A DNA stretch of 63,007 bases, counting the filler, from Choristocarpus tenellus KU-1152 (lineage: Eukaryota; Protista; Phaeophyceae), in the NCBI GenBank assembly GCA_964200185.2. It is 9 parts of 9 records of this genome, joined end to end, with 100 filler letters (N's around TTAATTAATTAA, not from the genome) between each part and the next. Parts side by side here need not be neighbours in the genome. Positions count along the whole stretch, not along the records: positions 1 to 16,851 come from CAXNAD020000757.1; 8 more parts are not named here. One strand, 5' to 3'. Of this stretch, positions 1 through 13,800 are shown piece by piece. A program made the translations under genes and the position numbers. Position 1 is the stretch's first letter, and each line of letters opens with the position of its first letter. The notes under the pieces are model-generated. The model searched no databases, was not told the DNA's origin, and worked only from the letters and a program-made list of their open reading frames with translations.

Positions 1-22
1 CCCCCCCCAGATACTTTGAGCC
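1..22. mobile_element. MITE family A, terminal fragment
   Basis: C-tract + AGATACTTTGAGCC, identical to family A end. Confidence 0.7.
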
Positions 23-138
23 TACCCTTTGTAGTGTTAGGGTAGTTTCCACCTTTTGATCAGTTAAAACGCAAGCCTTAACCTCATTCTGTTCACAGCA
101 TCCAGGTTGATGCCTCCATGACTTTTGTGTGATGGCAG

Positions 139-1778
139 GAGAGAGGACAGGCCGAGGAAGATCGTGTGAAGAGGATGATTCCATCATCGGGAACACTTGT
201 GGTTGTACCTCCTCCGATGTTGCCACACTGGCAAAACCAGATGTGTGTTCACGCTGATACTGGTGAGAGTGGCTTGTTTGTTCTGTTGATGAGAGGCCTC
301 AGAGGGCGACCTTGAGTGTTGTGTAAGTGTAAGCGTGAAGCATGTTGTCATGTTTCCAGCAGTGTACAGGACTGTGAGAGAGGTATGGTGCATGCTTAGA
401 ATGTTGCCAACATAGGTGTGCTGGTGTGACCAGGATATTGCATTGGGAGGGTATTGGTGTTATTGCATTTGCTGGCGTTTATGCTTGTTTTTGGAGTTGA
501 ATCGTTTGAGACTGCAAAGGCCAACTCCTGGATATGTTTTTGTGTTATTCTAGCCTAGATATACATCTCCTCCTATGCAGAATCATAAGGATGCAGATCA
601 CCATTTCGTTTCATTGAACTGAGCCACGATATACATACAGTATCAGATCGATTTTGCTTGAAATGCTTGAAATTTTCTGCTATTGTTTCATTGTGTGAAA
701 AGGGATAAGTGTTGTAGAAAGTGATAAAGGTGGCACCTATCATCTGTGACATTGCCTTTCTTTGGTAGATTAGGTTACAGATGCAGGCAAAACAGAGTGT
801 GTGAAGGAAGCGGAGGATTCATGCGAGGAACAACTTGAATTGAATAAAAGTGGACATTTGATGGTCTACAGAGTTGAGATTGGCAAGTATGTTGGACTTT
901 GAGGGGGGAGGCTCTCTGTTGCACCTGTTATAAGAGTCAGGTAGGCGTTTGCTATGGTCCCCAAATTTGATTGGGAGATACTACTGGTAGTAGTTGGTTC
1001 ACAAAAGGATCGGAATGTGCAATGCTCCACGGTGCATTGAAGGAAGACTCAAAAAGTTATCTTATTCCCGATTAAATGCTGAGGAGCCTCAACATTAGCC
1101 ACTCTCTTGCTCTTGCTCCTGACCCTCTCCTGGAGCAAAGGAAATTTCGGTAGCTCCATTTCAGTTGCACCTTGAGCCCACCCTTATGTGACATCAAATG
1201 AGAACAAGAAACAGATGCTGTATGGTAGTCATGAAAGTAACAAACGTTTGACCATAGGTGTGCAGTCAGAAAGACTTGAGTATATAGAACCTGATCTGTC
1301 TCTAGGTTTTTTGTAGTCTGAGCAACACTTCTATGTATGGCTCTTTTGGTCAATCCTCTGTACCACTCTGCTTGAAGAGATTGCCAGCTACATGACTAAC
1401 CTATGGGCTCAAACTTGTGAAACACATATTTGGAGCGAAGGCTGGCTTGGCAAGATGTTTTTTGACATAAGAACCGATCTACCGCTGCCCTCATCGTCTG
1501 AGCTTGGGTCATGTGGTGTGGTTGTGACCACTTATCAACGCCTGACCAATGAAAGGCCTCGCTTGGATGAGTCCCCACTATCTAACATTTACTGGCTTCG
1601 GATTGTGCTGGTAAGTAATGTTGATTACAGTAGACACCTTCCCCATATTCTAACCCCCACTCACCGACTGCAGCTTTTCTAGATACAGTTTATGTAGCTC
1701 ACCGACTGCTCTGGTATGGTAACATTCTTGATGCTTCCATCACCTCCTCTCTACATCACCCCCTTCCCCAACATATTT

Positions 1779-1815
<37 letters not shown>

Positions 1816-4800
1816 TCATTTTGTGGTACATACGTCGTATGTGATCCCTTACTTCATTGTTATTGACCTACTCTATCCCAAATTGCCAAGAATGATCAAA
1901 TTGATGTGGTGCTAATTTGCACCACAATACACCCACTAGTACAACCCTAACCCTGCCTGCCTCCCCTCATTCTAATGGGTAAAGACTGTCCAATATGACA
2001 ACAGGATGAGGGACATGCTCTTGGGTCGTCTGCCCTCACCAGCTGTGGAGATGTGGCAAGGCGACTGGAGGCTGAGAGGCGATGGGTCATGACTGGGACA
2101 CCGACGCCAACAACCTCCGTGGACACCTCTCTCAGGCACCTGCACAACCTGCTTGGGTTCTTGAGGGAGAAGGAGTACGTAGGAGACTGGAGGAGGCAAG
2201 TGCAGTACTGCTGTTTAAACTGTATTCTTGCACTATCATTGTGTAGAATGCACCGAGTTTTGTCTGTATAGACGGTATTCCCAGTTTAGGTGTACTGTTG
2301 TGTTGCATCTCAAGGCTTTTGCTGTTTTTACTGTAAAATCTTATCGCATTGCAGACCAAAGCAATGGAAATATGTGGAGTGGTGTGCTTTGGAGTGCAGG
2401 GTGAATTGCAGTCTCCATTTTGTTCCTCTCATGAGACTCTAATGCTTCAAAGCAGTAGAATGTACTCGTATGTATATTATATAGCATATCGCGTTTTCCC
2501 CCCTGGGACTGAGGAGGTAAAGCCGAAACCACTCTCTTCCTTGTAGCATGAAGCGGAAGAGGGAAAGAACATTCTGCTGGTCGGGGCAAGTATTGGGATG
2601 AATCAGTTACAAAAATATGGAAATTTTAAGTATGTTTTGGCTAGTGAGAACAGTGGAGAGTGACCAAAAACACCCAGTCTGTACACGTATTAAAAGCCAG
2701 CCATTGCAGCCCCAGCTAAGGGTAACTAAACTTTCCACGCAATGGTGTCTAGAGGCCGAGGGTATCAAAGTTGCTGCAACACTATGTAGGCCACATTTTG
2801 CTAGGTGTCTTTGAGCCTGTAGATGCTGATAGGGTGGACTGTTTTCAATTGAAAGTGGGAAAGAAATAATCTAGACTAGTACTAAAACAAAGGGTACTGA
2901 ATGAGAGGTAGGCAAACGCTTGTAGAGATGTTGAATTGTAAGTGATTGTGCTCTCAAGAAATGATGGCAGGGGATGAGTGCAATGGCAGTAACTTACTGA
3001 GAAGGTATCTGTATGAAGTCTTTTTTTTTTGTTATACACTTCACACCGAAGCTGTGTTGCAACTAGGAATTATCCCAACCAGTGGTCAGAGGCCCTACGC
3101 ACTGCACTAGGAGTGATGATACTCCCTTCTATTGTACCGTCTTGCGTGTTGGGTTCAGCTCTCCCACTGCTTGTCACTCCACCTCCCTCAAATGTCGTTC
3201 TGAACTCGCTTCGGTGCTGCTTTGCAATGAAGCCTTGCCACCTCATTCTTGGTGTGACGTTATGGTGGTATAGTGATAGGTAGGATAGTGCACCTGCACC
3301 ATCCATGGTGCTTCCCATGTGGACTCTGGATAATGAGAGCAGAATACCATGAAAAGGAGTCTGGCACCAAAGGAGTTGAACCCCGGAAATTCATGCAGGA
3401 AACAGGCTCTACTAACCTCTGAGACATGAGATAGTCCTGGCCAGTGATAAATGATGCTTTTGTAGACATGTATCTCCAAGAAGATTAACGGCAAATCATG
3501 CGAAGAATAGATACAATAATGCAGCAAATCTTGATTGATTAGGAGGAAAGCCTCTGTCGTAAGTAATGCAGACTTTGTTGTTGTGTTTGAGTGAAAGTAT
3601 CTTGGAGGGTACGAATTTTTTCCTTGTTTGTCCATTTAAGGCTTGGCTTCCCCCGGGTTTTTAGTGACATTTTACCTATTCCAAAATGTTTCGGAGTAGG
3701 TAAAATGTGTACGTTATGAAAAAGGTGTGTCCGAAACAAGGATATTGATATCTCTAACAAACATGATAGCCAAAATTACAAATTGCAACATTGAATTTGT
3801 CCCCCAAATGGACGCGGCTCCACCCTCTAAGATACTTTGACCCGTTTGATTTGTGTTATATTTCATCTGCAAAATGGTTGCGCTTTCATCATTCCAGTAA
3901 CAGTTAGCACAGCCAGGATTAAGGCCATGGTTTCCGGCTTGTCCAAGGCCTAGACGAGTTTAAACAGTTGACAGACATGGACCATCCCTATCAGAATAGT
4001 GGTTCACGTTCTGCCTACATTTTCACTTGGTCATTCCTTTCTGTGCTTCCAGAGTAGGAATTCCAATTAGTTCTTGTGGAAATATACGGAATATACGGAA
4101 CTGGCCATTTATGTCAGTGTGTGATAGTGGCACCATGATGGTACCAAGGATGGTTGTGCAACCCAGTCGGGCCTCTTGTCATCAGACATACTGTGACCCA
4201 GATGCCAGAAGGTCCTCCGGTTCATGGTGAGGTGTGATCATGCCACAGACAATATACTAACCTAATCCTATGGTTACACCATGAGTTCTGCACATACCCG
4301 GAGATCCAAAGTATCTGGAGGGGGTGGGTGGGGTAGGTGGGGGGGGGGTCTACACCAGGGTGTCCATTTGGGGCAAAATCAGGAAAAGTACATTTGCAAT
4401 ATCCAACATAAGCAACCAAATCACCCAAAAATCGCGAAATGAAAAAATTGATCCCAAATGGACAGCCGCCACCCCCACCCCAGATACTTTGAGCCCTGAT
4501 ATATTTCCTATCTGAACAAATTTGCCCTGCAAGAACAGGGCTGTTCGAGGAGCATTCTTGGCCAACAAGGCAGAGGGGCACGCCCGACTCCGCCGGCTGC
4601 TTGGTGAGGTGAGTCCTGTTGCAGCAGAAAGTCACAGAGGAGGATAATAAGTGATACCCTCGCACCTCCTCTTTTTTCGTATTGCTGGGGTATTGATGCC
4701 AATCCTGGACCTTTATTTGGGCCGTGCAGATGCGAAATACAGTTGGTTGTGTTGTCTGTGGCTTCCACCAGTGGCAGCACGCATTGTGAAGGCTCGTCTA

Positions 4801-7800
4801 CAAGCAACCATTGCAAAATGTGGGCCAATGCGAGCCTGAAGATCACAGTAGAATTATCAATCACCCAGTCCTACCAGGAATCGGAAATCCTCCAACCTAA
4901 CATGTGTAAATTGTCGAGGACAATGCTGAACAGCATAAATATATAAAAAATAAAAAATAAAAGATAGATCACCTGGGAGTGTAAGTTGTGCTTGACTGAA
5001 TCCCGACCCTCCTGCATGTATTGGTTAAATTTTAAAGCCGATTGGTGCAGAATGCAATGTTGGTCATTTCCAACCGTACAATACCTATCCCTTCTCATCT
5101 TTGAATGCAGATCATGATACGCCACACCAAGGATGATATTGACTCCATCCCACCACCTTCAAGGGTTGATGAGCTACTAGACATGTCTGCTCAGGTGAGA
5201 CAAAGCCTTGTGTTCTTGTTTGTTTGTGCCATGTGGCACCCAGGTCTAAACCCAGGGACAGGGATACCACAGACATTATCTGTTTACTTTCTTCTTGTTG
5301 TGTTTTTGAGAGACTTGGGCATTGATTGCTAGTTGGTGCTTCAGTTTCTGTTGTTCCTAGCAATATGATAAGATGTGAGCCCTAGAATACCTATGTAGTG
5401 CCCTTACAATCCCAGTTCAACCCCCTAGAATTGAGCATTAGAACTTGGAGCGTGTAGTTTAGTATGGGTATTGAAGGGACGATTGTACGAGTTTAACGGA
5501 ATAGACGATAGCCTCCAGATATTTTGCGACAAGTCACCACATTCAATACATCACAGAAAACAAAAACATTGCGCTCTCGTGGTCACATTCTGTGGCAGCG
5601 CTAATAAGTTTCACTCTTCTATCCTCCAGAGATGGAATCCCATTGTGTTTGTTACGCATCTTGTGAGCTTGTTTTTCTTCAAATTTGGTGATGGCTGATC
5701 ACTTTTGTAGAGTCATACAGCACACGTTAGTCTTTCTATCTTCGTTATTGCCATTGGGTTTTTATTGTTGAGCTGGTAGCTGGTTCTTGGTCAGAAAGCA
5801 GAAGGCCACACCAAAGGTTGGTGAAGGAGGAGTATTTGATGGTGCTCCAGGGTCCAACTCATTTGTAGTGATGGAAGTTGTTCAGACCAGTGAAGTTGCA
5901 AGACAAGATCACAGTTTAGTTCGGAAGTGCAAGGCATCATATACACCAGCAGCTATTCTGGCGTTCATCTGGTGGGTCTCCAGTTTTCAAAAGGAATCAG
6001 AGAATTAAGACATGAATGATACAGGGTTCGAAAAACGAAATGCCCTGAGTGAAGCAAAACTCTCAAATGACACTTTTATGGTTAAAAGAGCACTAACCTG
6101 GAGACCATGTGATTGTTCAATTGCACAAGCCTATCACAACAACGACAGTTGAAGTAGATTGCACACCCATGCACTCCTCATTCGTTGCCCTATCTGATTT
6201 GCCTTTGTCCTGTTGCCCTCTGTGCAACTCCTTCTACTGCAGGAGATGATGTCATACAATACAATCATTTCATTTGTTCGGTCTAATCTCTTACTAACGT
6301 CCATGAAGGGCAAGACCTCAGGCTGGCAGGACTCACTCCTCAACCCTGCAAACGGGAGGTATGCTATGGAGGTATGTAACGGTCATTGCAAGGTCCGGAA
6401 AAAGTCCCAAAAGAGGTTGGTAGACAATGGGGAAGGTGTTCGGTGAGATGCAGGGTAGGGCTTTAGCGCAGTTCTGGTTATGTGAGAGGCATGTGGTATG
6501 GTGCACTGTAGTTGGTGTACTGTAGTTGGTGTTTCTCTGTGTAAGTGCATATGCCTTGCTGCAGAGACTAAGAGGGGGCACTTGAGGATGGCAAATATAT
6601 AGGTTGGAAAGCAACTCTGTGCTGCATAAGTGACGTGATGGATTAATGATAATTGTGTCGAGAGGGAAGGGTGATTGAATGCGCTAGTAACCAATGGCAA
6701 AACGAATCCGCTAAGTTTGATAGTTTATTATTTGTATCTGTAAGGGAAGAGGGGAATAAAGTAGGATATGTATTGATTTATGGCGGTTAGTTTTGCACCC
6801 TGTTATGTAGGGTGTGAAGGATGAAGTATTTGGAATAGGTTGGTGTGTTTTTTTTTATCATCCAACAGCTAGAAATGTGATAGAGCTGCAAGAAACTATA
6901 AAGTGCGAGGCTGTGAGAGGAAACGTACATATTGATGACCAGCTCATGTGCCTGGGGAAGGGTGTAGAAGCAGACCTTCATAAATCGTGGGCTGATGGTG
7001 TGTGAGTGTGCAAGACATGTGGGTACTCCACGCCAACTACATTAGAACTACAATAGCATGCTGTGAGATAAGTCCTACGATGGCAAGCACCAGCTAAAAT
7101 GATGCAATATTATGAGCATGCGAGAGTATCACAAACAAATAATGCCGCACCTCAGAGTGAAGATACCCTGTTAGGCTGGTCACGGCACTTCTATGAAGTA
7201 GTTCCACCATCAAGATTGTGTTATGGATGGTGTGGGACTATGTCAGGGTTGCCTTCTTTTCCATCCCTTTTGATTTCATTGGGTTGCTTGATCGGTTGGG
7301 ATGACGAGTTACTGTCTAGTCTTGCGAAGTAGTAAAAGGTTAAGGCTATGCACCTGCCGTCTGGTGGGAGGGGTACTGCATGCTGTGCTCCATAAGACTG
7401 TCGTTGGTGCAAGGACCCAACAGTGAACTCAAACTTAACCACGTTGCCATGTCCTATTCTTTTGTTCTGTCTACATCAACAACAGGCCCTCACCAACATA
7501 CGGCTGTCATGTTGTGGTGGTGGCACCCTCATTCCAACCGTGAAGGAACACCACCACCAGGTGAAGGAGGACAACATAAACCGTGCACCACAATAATCTT
7601 GAAGAACTCTCCGCAGTGATTTGTTGTCAAGAACTGGTCGGTCTACAAAGTTGTGATCTCTTAAACACGAGAAAGCCACGTATGCCCGTTCCTCTTTGAT
7701 GGTGTGACCAGGTAGTCTGTATTTGGTGTGTGTGCATCGATATTTGGGTTTCTCCTGTTGCACCCAAAGATAGATATCAATGATAACCTATCGGCTTGAA

Positions 7801-10800
7801 GCACTGTGAGTTTGTATTAGGGGCCTTCAATGATTTGAGGTCTCAGCATTGGAAACGGATTGCCTGTCTGCAATGCTTGCCCAAGTGGGTTGCTGACCTA
7901 ACAGATAGGTACTTTTTTTGTTATGATGTTTTGCTGGGGAACGTAATGCACAGGAAACTATCGACATGCTGAGGGATACCCACCACCTAAATGAGGTGGA
8001 CCAAAAACGTGTGAACAACTTCATTTGCAGGGCAACCACCGGGGAAATATCAAGCTGCCAGGTACATGTTTCTCTATCAGAACACAACACGATTTTGTCT
8101 TTGATAACCCCTAAGCATGCTGTTTCATCCTCTTTTCTTGAACAACCTCGACCCTGTCTGTACCATTCAGAACACCACCTGTCAACAACTGCAGACCGAT
8201 GCTGCAAAATATCAGCGCTTTGTAAGTGTGAAAGGGCCAGGTCCGGTGTGAAAAACAGGGGTAAGATCCAGCGTCAGCCCATGTTGAAAGACGCATTTGA
8301 GTATATTGTGGGGCCAATCAGAGTCTGCCACCTGGTTGGACTGGGTTGAACCACGCATGAATTGTGAATTGTAAAAAATACCTCTTACATCCGGTGGGAT
8401 GCTCGAAATCCCCTATTTAGAGGTAGTTTTGCATGTGGCATACTAGAGAAACACCGCCCTGTAGATTATTGTGCACTGAACATCTTGACCTTATCCTAGT
8501 AGGGAAGTCAAGTTTTTGTATTTTACGTCTCTCTGTTCAACAACAGAGTTTCAAAACGGGGGCCTTTTTCAGGAAGGTCACCAATTAATTCAGAAATTTC
8601 CTACCTTCCGGTGACATGGACATCAGCAGTCAACAGAGCAATGTAACATTATTCTTTGCTGCAAGCAGCACTATTATTCCAACATATACTGTTACAATTT
8701 TTCTTAGTCATACCATCCTGTCAACTGAACCTAAACCTTATTTGTATCACTGTTTCACAGTAATGTTGCAGGCAATACAGGAGATTGAGTTGTACAGGAT
8801 GCAGTCGATTAGTCCTTACTGGTAGATTATATAGAAGTACAAGTCGAGCCTAGGCTTACATGGTTCGATTACTAGTTCTGTAGTACACAACTGTACTTTG
8901 TACTTTGAAGTTTTTGTTTTGTGTGAGTGTGTGTGTGTGCATGCTCGATTGCAGTTCCTCTTGTCTTACCATCCTGTGCACACCATGACTGGACCTGGTC
9001 ACTCCCAGAGGGACATTTTTTAATAATTATCTGAGTCAGGGAGGCGACATTTTATTCTGATTGGTCAAAAGAGAGTTCAGATATTTTGACAGGGCCAACT
9101 TATTGGCCGGCACGCAGCCCCACTGCAGTTGTCGGTCCTGTTAAGTGCCCATTCCAGTGAAAAGCCCTGCAGAGTGTTGTGTAGAGCTATGCGTGTCTGT
9201 AGCTTGTAGATGGCAATTAGAGTTGTATTGACCTAGAGGGAGATAGCCCACGGTTGCTACGCTTAAAATTGGTATCAATAATTCACCTCTGGTCAATGTA
9301 TTTTTCACCCATTGGACTAGAGGTTTGTTGCCTTGAGCCCCTTTCAAGGCATACACCATCAAGTGACACTGTAGCTGGATTGAAGCTTAAATGGGAACAT
9401 GACAAGTGTGCCCTCTTTTCTAGCAAAGGACAGGATTGGTGGACTGAAGGACATACCATGATGTTTTCTAGGTTATATGTGGATGACCAGGTTCATCATT
9501 ATACGGGTAGAGGGGATTGATGTGGGGCTAGAGGATGGAACATGCCTTGCATTCCCCATTCCCTTTCTTGACTGCTCTCTTCACTCCTTCCTTTATCCTT
9601 GCAAATATACTATGTGTGCACCCTAACCGTCTCAATCCTTTCACTTGTTGCCTGTGTGTATTTATGCAACCTCTATGCTCTTCTGCACAACAGGGATGTG
9701 GTCGACCACTACAGCTACTGCATGTAACACCATGTGCCCACCTGGTGAGGGCATTCCCCCAATAATATTGTAGTATCCACTGCTACTGGTGCTTTGTTTT
9801 GTCCTTCTTGCTCTCTCTTCTCCTGCCTCTCCTCGTAATGCAAGTTAACTTGGAGTTGTTGTCGGGCCCTTTGTTTTTGTTGACTGGACCCACAATCTGT
9901 AACCTGAGGAGTACTAAGGACTCCAACAACTTCGCAGACACGATTCAAGTGTTGTTTCCCGACCTATGACGCTTGCTGCACCATCTTGTTGCCTGTGAAA
10001 GATTTGTGTCGACTGTGTGGCCGTGGAGACAAACATTTGCTGTGTTTGTGGGTCAAAGTACGACGTCGATGACTTTCAGGTGAATGTTACAATACTTTTT
10101 TTGAGGAGTTGGTGAGAGTAATTGGTACGTCTTGTGTGTTCTGTATGCAGAATTTTGGTGTTTGGGTTTGTAAGCATGCTGTAGACCTTAACACATATTG
10201 TTCATGACTCTAGAGTTCATTGTAGCCAGTTTTATGCGCTGGTTATCCTGACATATCCCAGCACTTCTCTTTCATTGTGTACAATGAATTGTTAGCGCCT
10301 TCAACCAGGATTTGAACTGATGTGGATGTGGAATTTGAGAGAGCAGGAACGTCTGCGACAGCAGAGAAGGGCCATGAGTAGGCTGCAGCGTGGAGGAAAC
10401 CAATCTCACCAGGTGATACGAAGGATATCTCACACTATCCAATGCTGTCATACAACTCGGCAACCATTAATTCCCAAATCATGCCAAGTACCTTATCTCT
10501 GTGAAGAGGAGGCGTAGGTAGATGAAAAAGTTGTTTAGGTGGTGATAGGTATGAAGATGAAGATGAAGATGAGTAGACCCTTTGCAAGAATTGCAATGGT
10601 CGACTTGAACATAGAAAATCGCCCGGTGATAATGGAGGAGACCCTCATCTCTGCCTGGCTGTTAGGCTAACCATAGGGCGCAGCAATGATGCCAATAGTT
10701 GGAAGGGTATCCCAGGACTCCAAGCATTAGGGACAGCAGAAGCTCAAACCAGCTCAAACCTCAGAAATATTCAAGGTTGAATTCAAGCATTTTCCTCCTG

Positions 10801-13800
10801 GTGAAGTGACTCACTCAACCATGCAAGAATGTACTGACCATTACCTGTGGACCAACAACACTATTTCAGACACATAGTCATGCCTCAGGACAGAGTAATG
10901 GGCCAGGACCAGGAAGTGTACTTGGTTCAGGCAGAAGAGCTGGGGCAGGTTCGGGTTCAGGTTCGGGTTCTGATACTGGTGGCAGAAGTGGGACCGGTGC
11001 TGCGATTGATGGCACAAGTGGTTCAACAGGAGCCTTGCCTAGTGGGCAGCTGGTGGTTGATACCTCCTTGGAAAATTTAGAGAGTGATGAAGATGAGGAG
11101 AAGCTGGAGACGCATAGTAAGGCCTTCTACATTATCAATCATCTAGAGGGTCTAAGGATCAAAGCAAAGGAAGATCAAGGACGGTATGAACTAAGAACTA
11201 TTTTTTTCTCAACCCCTTGGTTGCAACTTTGTGGTCGGTAGGGGAGGGGGGGTAAGGGTCTGGTGAAAATGCTGCTTCCTGTGACTCTTGTGTGCTGAGT
11301 GTTGACCGCATGCCTATGACAAGTCGAAGTACTGTATGCCTGTGCTGAGAGGCAAGTAGTATCTTCACTGTATGATCGCTAGTAGCAGGGCAGGCAAAAC
11401 CTGATGGTGTGTCCCAAGGGTTCATCTTGAACAGGTTTTGTTTCCGGGAAAGGCTTATTTCTGCACCCTGTTCTTGGCTCCCCCAGGCATATAGTATTGC
11501 CCAACATCCTCACCTTGACAACTTGTCTCCTTGACATTGTTTGAGTTTTGCACCCTGACTTCTGCCCTGGTCCTAACCCGCAATCATGCTTCCTCTCTCT
11601 CTTCAGGACTGGCTTCAGGCCTTTGAAGGCCATCATCTTCAGCCAGTTCTTGTCAGTGTTAAACGTGAGTACTCACCAGTAGTTTCTTTATTTCTAGCTC
11701 GAGCTACTATTGTTTCCTTCTATGTACTTTGACAGGGGATACTGGACTTAAGTATTGCCCAGCGGTTAATGTTTTCCTACTCTGTGGTGACGTTGCTTTG
11801 GGAGTTTAAGGGGTCACTGTCTTGCTGCGTGTACCTTTGTGACAGTTTTATGTTTAACTTGGGTATGTTTTTTTTTCTTGATATACGGGGGCAGTTTATT
11901 TAACGGGGGGGGTTTTTTCTACCTCAGCACCTCCTATATAGTTTCGTTTCAACTTGGATTGATTTAGGGCTCAGTATGGTGAGGGCAGTTTATTTAACGT
12001 ATTTCTACCTCAGCACCTCCTATAGTTTCGTTTCAACTTGGATTGATTGAGGGCTCGGTATGGTGAAGGCAGTTTATTTAACCACCACTCTGTCTGGCTG
12101 ATTCAACCTTTCCCACTTTTTTTTACCTTGATTCATTTCGACTGGCTCTATTATTTTGTTCTAGATCAACTCTCCGGTTCAACAAAGGTTTAACTTTGCT
12201 GGACTACACAGACATTTTTAGTGTCAAAATTGATCCAAGTTTGATGCAACACAGAATGTGTGGGGGTTGCGAAGGTCGTATGTTGCAGAAGCAGTTGAGC
12301 TCAACTTGGATTGATATATGAGGCTAAGTGAGCAATGCCTCGTTGCTTCAAGAATGTAAACAATAGTTTATGTCCTTGTTTGCTTTGATGTGGACAAAAG
12401 AGGGCAGCGACTTGACATTTCAAATTGCGCAAAATCTTGACTTGGCGCGGATTTTGGTAGGACCCTGGAGAAGCAATTGCCTACATGTGATTGTACAAAC
12501 GGCTTTGGTTTGGGTAAAACCCTCACCCTAAGCAACTTTGCTGAGTTTGGGGCTATTGTATGGAGCCCACAAGTTGTTGCTTCACCTCATGCAAGGTTTG
12601 GTTCAACTAGACTGTGTGTGAGGGTTGCAGTGTGCTGTGTACGCCTGTGCATATGCGTGTGCAACACAACGGCATGCAAAAGGTAAACGGGGGGGGTGGG
12701 GGGAGTTTTTTTTGTTTTTGTTTTTGGTTCACCTCGGATGAGGTCATTTTGGGAGACTGAGATAGCAATGTTATGCCACTCGAACAGGTCACAGTAGGCT
12801 TGGTTCATCTTGGATATAGTTGAGGTTCTTTGTCCGGCACAGTACTGCTTGGGCTCTCGTGATAATCTGGTTAAACTTTAACTATTGTGAGGCATGAGTC
12901 AACACATTTTTTTCATGTCCGAGCTAGGGTCCCCAGACACTAGAACCCATCAGCTGTAGTTCCAGTGCTTGTTTTTTTTGTTTTTTTCCTGACAAGTTTT
13001 TGGGGGGTTTTTCCCATGGCGTTGTCACTTGCTGCAAATTGATAATGGATTCGTGGCTGGTGAAAGAACATGGGGTTAATTGACCTTGTACTAGACCAGA
13101 CGTAATAGCTAGTATTGAAAATAGTGGGCTAGGTCTTGGACCCGGTACATGGAGTTGCTGGAACCGATTTCAAAGGGGTCCTCGTTTTGTCTCAGACCAA
13201 TATGATCTTTCTTTTCTATTATTTTCTGCTGTGTGAGTTAGCCAAGAGGGTTGCGTAGCGATCGTGTTCATGAGCTTTGGTAGGCCCTCTTGTATGTGGT
13301 ATCAAAGAGAGAAGTGCATGCATATAGCGGAACATACTGTGTAATAACCTGGCTTGTGTCTGACGACCTAGACTATTTCCAAACTCCCACACTACTCTCC
13401 AACGTGCGTGCAATCATAGATTGTGGGCGATAAGTGCCTTCGACAGTTTGGAGAATGTCCGAAGCCTGGCTGGGAGGAGAGGGGAGAAGCGGGGGTGGCA
13501 GAGTTCTGGGGCAAGAACAGGTGACAATCAGCGTAAGATTTCTGAAGTATGTTGCTTTAGATGTTAGGCTTGGTTGGTGGGGAGAGAGGTAGCTATGTCT
13601 TTTATAGGCTGCGGAGGTGCTGAGGGATAGGGATTTCGAGCAGACCTGAGCCAACTTATTTTTCTTTCTTTAGAGGGCGGTCGTTGGTGGATTATGAAAT
13701 GTTGCTCTGTTGTTGTTGTGTTTGAGATGATGCCCTATGTTTTGGTGCTGACTTCGAGAGTTAGATAGCGGTGTGTGAGGATGTAACTTAAGCTGGTTCA

